Assembly (NCBI GenBank): GCA_000004695.1
Contig: CM000152.2
Coordinates: 512,001-576,000, forward strand
Source of the DNA: Dictyostelium discoideum
Taxonomy: Eukaryota
DNA length: 64,000 bases
Direction: 5' to 3'
In this document: in pieces, positions 56,794 through 64,000 of the stretch
How positions within the stretch are numbered: position 1 is the first letter of the stretch
How the letters are laid out: the number at the start of each line of letters is the position of its first letter
Notes under the pieces: generated by a model
The model's database searches: none
What the model saw: the letters and a program-made list of their open reading frames with translations, nothing else
What the model was told of the DNA's origin: nothing
Program-made: the position numbers and the translations under genes

Positions 56794-56914
56794 TTATTTT
56801 AAATTTAAAATTTTATGAAAATCTTTTTGTTCAAATAAATCATTATTGGTACCTAAATTTAAATTATTATTATTATTATTATTATTATTATCATTATTAT
56901 TATTATTATTTTTG

Positions 56915-56958
<44 letters not shown>

Positions 56959-58217
56959 TTTGTCATTATTATTATTACTATTATAATTAAATTTTAAAGC
57001 AGTTTGACCAAAAGTATTATCACCAAAAACATAAATATCATTATTGATTGATTGAGCTAATGTATGTTTAAAACCTGAAGTAATTTTTTTAATATTTGAT
57101 AATGATTGAATTTTCTTTGGTGAATAATGATTCTCATTTGTACCATGACCTAAAGAACCACCATCATTCCAACCCCAAGAATAAACGGAACCATCGGTGG
57201 TGATATAGAATGAATTTGCATGATCACCAGCGAAAATCGATTTAATTTTATTACCAGCAGCATTATCTCCAGTGGATTTAATTCTTTTTGGTATGTAATG
57301 ATTCAAAGTGTCATTCTCGCCATGACCTAATTGACCGAATTCGCCGTATCCAAAAGTGTAGATTTCATTATCATTGGTCAAAAACATTGAATGATAACCT
57401 CCACATGCTATATCCACTATTCTGCTCTCATTATTATTAAGTGTGAACGTTGTTATCTTTTTTGGTGTATAAATATTCTCTTTATCATTCGATCCTACAC
57501 CATGACCCAATGCACCAAAATAACCATTGCCCCAACTATACAATGAACCATCATTACCCAACAATAAATTATGGTCACTACCTGAACAAATCTTTTTAAA
57601 ATCTTTAAATATTGGATCGGTCTCTTTTAAAACTTTAATTGGTTTTGAGTAATATTCATCCTCTGATGGTGACGATGGTGATGATGATTTATCCTTTACC
57701 CTCTCTCTACCACCTAATTGATTCTTATGATTTCTACCCCATCCATAGATACCATCATCTTTAGTTACAACTAAACTATGTTCATATCCACTAACTATTG
57801 ATATAATATTATCATTGAATTTTTCAATTTTATATACCTTTTCATTATTATTATTATTATCGTCGTCATCATCAATGCTTCTACCAATACCCAATACTCC
57901 ATATTTTGATTTACCAATTGAATATAATTGATTATCATCTTTAGTTTGTAATATGATAAAATTACCACCTAAAGAAACATTACTAATCTTTTTATCGTTA
58001 TTAATTTTAATTTTGTTTGGTACTTCTGTGACTAAATTCGAATATAAACCCCAATGATAAAATTCATCGTTTTCATTGATTATACCTGAATGATAGGCAT
58101 TTGCAAATATATCCTTTGCCTTCAACCCATTCAATTTTATTGGTAACTCAGTTTCACTTATAAATTCAAATTCTTCTGTACCATCATCAAAATAAACTAT
58201 TTCATTATCATCTTCGT

Positions 58218-58249
<32 letters not shown>

Positions 58250-58338
58250 GGATCTACTATACAATTTACTTTATGATAAAAGTTAATTATTAAAAACAAT
58301 GTAAATATAAAATAAATAAAATTATTATTGTTTTTCAT
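56794..58338 (-). CDS. RCC1-repeat (regulator of chromosome condensation-like beta-propeller) protein with an N-terminal signal peptide, 514 aa
   Basis: Signal-like N-terminus MKNNNNFIYFIFTLFLIINFYHKVNC, then six or seven RCC1 blades with the signature YxWGxNxxGQLG (YSIGKSKYGVLGIG, YGWGRNHKNQLGG, YSWGNGYFGALGHG, YTFGYGEFGQLGHG, YSWGWNDGGSLGHG, YVFGDNTFGQT). Poly-T near the N-terminus and poly-N at the C-terminus. Confidence 0.8.
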
Positions 58339-58505
58339 TTTTTTTTATTTTTTTATTTTTTATTATTTGTATATATATATATATAGATATTATATATTTT
58401 TATTTATTTATTTTATTATTATTTGTTTTTAATTCATTTGTTTGATTTGTAATTAAAATAACTGAAAAAAAAAAAAAAATTTTAAAAAATTGAAAAAGCT
58501 TCGTC

Positions 58506-58559
<54 letters not shown>

Positions 58560-59284
58560 AAGTTAAGAATGACAAGACAAATCCATCCAGTCAGTTAATT
58601 ATATTTATGACTCAAATTGTACACAATAAAATATAATAAAAAATAAAAAAAAAGAAATACGGTTATTTTATATTAATTATTATTTTTTTTATTAACAAAT
58701 ATATGTAATTGGAATTAAAAAAAAAAAAGAAAAAAAAAAAAATTTAAATTTTAATATTATCCAAATAAAAAAAAGAAATCCACTGTTTGTTGAAATTAAT
58801 TGGGAAAATTTAATATTGGTAAAAAAAATTATAATAAAAATAATAAAATAATAAAAATAACAGATGGATTGGAAAATTTTTTTATTAAAAAAAAATAATA
58901 AAAATAATAAAAATTAAAAAAAAATTAAAAAATAAATAACTATATTTCAAACACAATATTTAAAACTAAATAAAAATATAAAAAAAAAAAAAAAAATAGG
59001 TAAATTATTTTTTTTTTTTTTTTTTTTTTCCATATATCCTAAAAAAACAACAAATAATATTTTTTAATTGGTTTCCAAATGAAAATAATGATGAAATTAC
59101 AAATTTCCTCAAAAATTATACCAAACCAACAACATTAACTAGTGCCACAAATGTTAAAAAATATCCAGGAATAGTTTATTAATAAAAACAATAAATAATA
59201 ATAATAATAATAAAAATAAAAAATACCACTAGGGGCTTTGGAGAAATTGATTATTATTTTATTATTATTTTATTATTATTATTT

Positions 59285-60943
59285 TTAAATTTTTACAGAT
59301 ACTAAATCACTTTCTTGTAATTTTTTATCTTTATTAAAAGTTGAAGGAATATCAATGGTTGACCAAGATTGATGAACTTGTGGTATAATGAAAGGACGTA
59401 ATTTAGCTAAACGAGTACCTTCAGTTGGGAGTTCAGAGATATCATCTATCGATGGCACAACTTCATAGCCAATTAAGACATTCTCTCTTTCTAATCTTGC
59501 TAAAGTTGCATCAATGATTGGTTGTAATTGTTGAGTTGGTTTTTGTAATGATTGCTGAGTCAATGTTATTGAAACGCAAGGTCTAATTAAAAATAGTGTT
59601 TGTTTCAATTGATGTTGTGCTTTCTTACAAGTGGCGATTGATTCACCATATTTGTGAGTTGCATTCTGTTGAAAAGCTTGTTGGTTCCATGCTAACGATT
59701 GATATAATGATACTTTGTATTGTAAGAAATTTACAAACTTTTCCAAACGATTCTCAACCAACTTCTCCTCGGTGAAATGTGAGATCAACATATCCATTGC
59801 CTCTTTATAAATATTTGCTGTATCAACTGCCAATTTAACAATTGGTTGAATTGTATTCTTTTTATATGCACGTCCAATCGTCAACTCTTGTGCTTGTCCA
59901 ATACATTGTAAATATAATGATCTTAATAAAACATCATTAAAATCTGTTGATGATTTATCACTACCTTTTAAAATTTTACCTGCATTATCATCAACAACAT
60001 CATCATCACCACCACCATCTTTTTCATCTTCACCAGATTCTGTTTTTTCTTCCTTTTTATCCTCTTCTTCTTTTTTGGAGGATGATGATAAATTTAATCT
60101 TAATTTACAAAGATAATCAAAAATACCAGCAGATTTTAAAAGAAAATCATAAACTTTTTGACGATCTTCTTCAGGTAAACCATCAGTTGGTGAACAACGA
60201 TTTGAAACGATATATTCTGAATAACCTAAATACCAAATACCAAGATTAAATAAAATACTCATATATTCAACCAATGTATCTGAGGAAGTGATTGATCTAT
60301 CTGAACCAAATACATTTGTCCAACTGAATCTTAAATTCTTTCTAATTGCATCACTACCTTTATTATTATTATTCTTTACTTTTTCATTATTAAATTTCTC
60401 TAATTTATCATCACCCTCTTCAGAGTTATACTCTTCATCATTATCTCTTGGTTGTTCATTTAATTGAAGTTTTTCAAAATTTGATACTGGAGTTGCTGTT
60501 GCTGCTGTTGTTGCTGCTGCTATATTATCAGTAGTAATTGTTGGTTGATATACTTTTGAACCAATTAACCCACCTAATAATGAACAATAAGTTTCAACTG
60601 ATTTTAATAATTCTGCTGTATCAACTATTTTATATTATTATTAATAATAATAAAAAAATTAATATAAAGTAGTTTATTTATTTATTCATATTATTCATTC
60701 ATTCATTTATTTATTTATTAATTTATTCTTACTATTTGTTAAATCTCTTGCTTTGGTTGAAAAGAAGAAATTATCGATATTATCAGAAGCATCACTTATA
60801 TCTTTAGCCAAACTAACAATGAATGGATTTGATGCTTCTTTACATAAATCAACTAATTTGCTTTTATAGTTTAATTTTGATCTCATCTTTAAACGATGAA
60901 TATAAAAGCAATAATTATCGAAAACTGGTAATGTTCCTTCCAT
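59285..60943 (-). CDS. BROX-like Bro1-domain protein, two exons (60943..~60716 and ~60620..59285)
   Basis: Exon 1 (MEGTLPVFDNYCFYIHRL…ARDLTN) ends at a GTAAGA donor and joins via a TAG acceptor to IDTAELLKSVETYCSLLGGLIG…LVEYMSILFNLGIWYLGYSEYIV…EEDRQKVYDFLLKSAGIFDYLCK…LYLQCIGQAQELTIGRAYKKN…VDTANIYKEAMD. These segments parallel human BROX ([25 protein letters not shown]…[21 protein letters not shown]…[22 protein letters not shown]…YETANFYQKA). No C-terminal CAAX box. Confidence 0.75.
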
Positions 60944-61252
60944 CTTTATATTTATATTTATATTTATTTATATTTATATTTATATTTATTTATTTATTAT
61001 TTATATTTATTTATTTATTTGTTTGTTTGTTTTTTTTTGTTTTTTTTTTGTTTAGCTATTTATTTATTTATTTTTTTTTATTTTTTTTTATTTTTTTTTT
61101 ATTTTTTATTTTTTTTTTAATTCCCTAAAATGACCTATTTATTTATTTAAGTAAAATAATATTTTATGTAATAAAAGAGAAAAAAAAAGAAAAATTATAT
61201 AAACCTACAATAAATAACAACAATAATAATACACCATATAAAAAAAAAAAAT

Positions 61253-61283
<31 letters not shown>

Positions 61284-61779
61284 TTAAAACTCATTTTTAT
61301 GCGATACTAAAAAAATTTTATTTAAATAAATTTTAAAAATATTTTTTTTTTTATTTTTATTTTTATTTTATTTTTTATTTTTTCTATTTTTTTTTTTTTT
61401 TTTTTCTTTTTTAAATAAATATCTATTTTTTTTTTCTTTTTTTTTCTGTTTTGTGTTCACTAAAAGATTTAGTTATTAATCAATAAAACGAAATATTGAA
61501 TTTCATTTATTGATTTTGTTGTTGGTTGTTTTTGTTGGAGTTGTTGACACACAAAATTTATTATTTTTTTTTTTTTATTTTTGATTATTTTTTTTATTTT
61601 TGGTTGTGGTGTATATTTGTGAATTTTGAAATCAACTTTGTAATTTGACAAATAAAAAAATAAAATTAATTATTTTGCAATATTTTTACTTTTTTATTTT
61701 TTTTTTTTAAATTTTTTTTTTTTTAAATTAAATTCCATTCTTAAAAAAAAAAAAAAAAAAAAAAACCACACACAAAACA

Positions 61780-64000
61780 ATGGGAAAAGTATTAATACTT
61801 TTTTTATTTGTATTATTATTAATAACTTTTATTAATTGTACTAATAATAAAATATTAAACAATGAAAACTCTTCAAATGAAGATAATGTAATAAATGTAT
61901 TTTTAATTCCACACTCTCACTGTGATTTAGGTAAAGATTAATCTTTTATTATTTAGATTTTTTATTTTTTTTTTTTATTTTTTTTTTTTTTTTTTTAAGA
62001 ATGGAATTTTATTAATTTTAATTAATTTTTAAATAGGATGGGTACAAACACTAGAAGAATATTATTCAGAAAATGTAACAGTAATTTTAGATAATGTTAT
62101 AAATACATTAATTAAAGATTCAAGTAAAAAATTTAATTGGGCAGAGATTTATTATTTTGAAACATGGTGGAATGAACAATCATCATTCCTCCAAGCTCAA
62201 GTTAGGAATTTAGTAAACAATGGACAATTATATTTTGTTGGTGGTGGTTGGGCACAAAATGATGAGGGTGCAACTCACTATCAAGCAGTTATCAATCAAA
62301 TGACATTAGGCCACCAATTTTTGTTATCAGAATTTGGCGTGGTTCCAGAGATTGGCTGGCAGATTGACCCCTTTGGACCATCAACTTTAACAGCCACACT
62401 CTTCTCATTGATGGGGTTCAAATACCATGTTATCAATAGAATAGATGAACGTATTAAATATATATACAATGATACACCCGACATTGTGGGATCGGGTTGG
62501 ATGACGACTGACAGGTCCTTCGAGTTCCAGTGGTATCCATCGCATAATGACCAAGAGCTGTCCATTTTCACACATGTGTTAGACCACCATTATAACTCGC
62601 CCTATTTGATATACCCAAATGCAAGCAACCCAAATCAGTCGTTAACTACCGGGTTCGATTTCGAGTCTGATCCCACACAAAATCCGCCCATCAATCAATC
62701 CAATATCTACGAGAGGGCAGCTGTATTTGTGGAGATCATGCAGCAACGGTCTCAATTGTACAGACATAACAATTTACTCATACCATTTGGCAATGATTTT
62801 AGATTCCAAAATGCGTCGTTGGAATTCGACAATATGGATAAACTGATCACCTACATCAATTCCAACTCGTCGTGGGGTGTCACTATTCAATACGCAACGT
62901 TGAATGAGTATTTTGAAAAGGTAGAATCCATAGAACCACCTGTTGAATACGCCGACATCGTCGGTCAGGACCTATTCGTTTATACAATGTGTTTGGCGTC
63001 GGATTACCAGGCATTCAATACTTGTGCAAATTGGTGGTCTGGCTATTACACCTCTTATCCATTACTAAAACAGACTGCAAGAGATTCTGACTCACTATTG
63101 AGAGTTGGTGAGATGTTGTACTCGTTGAGTTGTTTCTATTCAAATGGCTTCGATTTTGATTTTAATATTGGTTTCTACGCATTAAGCATGCATAGAAATG
63201 TGAGTGGAATACTAACACATCACGATGCTATCACTGGCACTGCCAAGGAGTACGTACGGGTTAACTATTTCCAAATGTTAAACGAAGCACAGTCGTTGAC
63301 TCTAGACTACAACATACCCGATTTCGTTGGATTTTTATTATCAAATAAATCATTAAATATTGATTACCAATCTAACGGTTCCTCTATATTGAATTCGACA
63401 AATCCTGGTGACATCATTGCAATCTCATTCACCAATAGTATAGCTTGGGATAGAATTGAAACCGTCTCTATAGAAATTCCATTTGTTAATATGGCCGTAT
63501 ACGACTACCAATTAAATCCAATTCAATCACAAATTGTACAACGTTTTGATAAATCAAATAATTGGTATCTTTATTTCCAAGTTGCAACACCAGCATTAGG
63601 TATTTCAACCTATTTCATTGTAATACTTTCAACAGATGGTGAAATATTAAATGATAATTCTAAAAATTTACCAACTCCAATTCAATCAATTTTATCAATT
63701 TCAAATGAATTATTATTTAATGATAATGATGATGAAACTACAACAACCACAATTGGTAATTCAAATTTTAATTTAAATTTTAAATTTGATAGAGATAATA
63801 ATAATCTTTTAACATTAAATAGCTATGATGATTTATTTAATAATAAAATTGGAATTCCAATTAGTCAACATTTAATTGAATATACATCATTAAGTGATGA
63901 TGCATATAAATTTAGAGTTCAAGGATTACCAATACCATTAACACCAATTAATCCACAATTTTATTTAACAATTGGTCCAGTTGTACAAATTGTAACTATA
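61780..64000 (+). CDS. Lysosomal alpha-mannosidase (glycoside hydrolase family 38), 5' part; the gene continues beyond the window. Exon 1 is 61780..~61930, intron ~61931..62036, and exon 2 runs from ~62037 to the window end
   Basis: Signal peptide MGKVLILFLFVLLLITFINC. The GH38 signatures are NVFLIPHSHCDLG|W (split by an intron GTAAAG…ATAG), GGGWAQNDEGATHY, GWQIDPFGPS, and IPFGNDFRF. Continuous ORF to position 64000. Confidence 0.85.

Overview
This window is AT-rich (roughly 20-25% GC) nuclear DNA from a eukaryote, almost certainly a Dictyostelium discoideum-type social amoeba. The evidence is the density of poly-Asn, poly-Gln and poly-Thr coding microsatellites, short introns of about 70-120 bp running GTAAGT...AG, homopolymer-rich intergenic DNA, and a TRE5-A (DRE) retrotransposon lying upstream of a tRNA gene. 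It is therefore not a prokaryotic locus: operon, RBS and CRISPR logic do not apply.

I can support about 22 protein-coding genes, most of them intron-containing. They are: a 3xWWE + MacroD-type macro-domain protein; a DnaJ/RRM protein; a cortexillin-like tandem-CH actin-binding protein; an F-box/RNI-type LRR protein; a 2-exon membrane-anchored PAS hybrid histidine kinase (dhk family); a DHHC palmitoyltransferase; a CLC chloride channel with CBS domains; TFIIS; a secreted G8/beta-helix (CEMIP/TMEM2-like) protein; TRAPPC5; a PRK/uridine-kinase-family P-loop kinase; a roughly 1710-aa secreted protein of about 65 tandem 24-aa Cys-rich Dictyostelium (Dicty_CTDC-type) repeats; a metallo-beta-lactamase-fold protein; a secreted RCC1-repeat protein; a BROX-like Bro1-domain protein; and the 5' part of a GH38 lysosomal alpha-mannosidase.

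There is one tRNA gene, tRNA-His(GUG). About 50 bp upstream of it sits an ORF2-deleted TRE5-A non-LTR retrotransposon carrying about 4.3 tandem A-modules, B-modules at both ends and a C-module. Downstream of the tRNA are an external B-box and a complex non-coding segment.

The most notable observations are these. (i) The WWE-WWE-WWE-MacroD fusion is a putative poly(ADP-ribose) reader/eraser. (ii) Two genes carry apparent disrupting lesions: a +/-1 frameshift separating the CLC transmembrane core from its CBS region, and an in-frame TAA inside the G8 gene. (iii) A roughly 440-bp segmental duplication copies the last codons plus 3' flank of the histidine-kinase gene onto the end of a neighbouring ORF. 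(iv) The giant Cys-rich gene has near-identical 288/360-bp higher-order repeats. (v) There are GC-rich codon islands inside otherwise AT-rich genes. (vi) Two unusually complex intergenic segments (37.2-38.5 kb and 44.0-46.5 kb) contain nested inverted repeats and a DUSE-like motif.

All coordinates were counted by hand and may be off by 1-3 nt at splice junctions.
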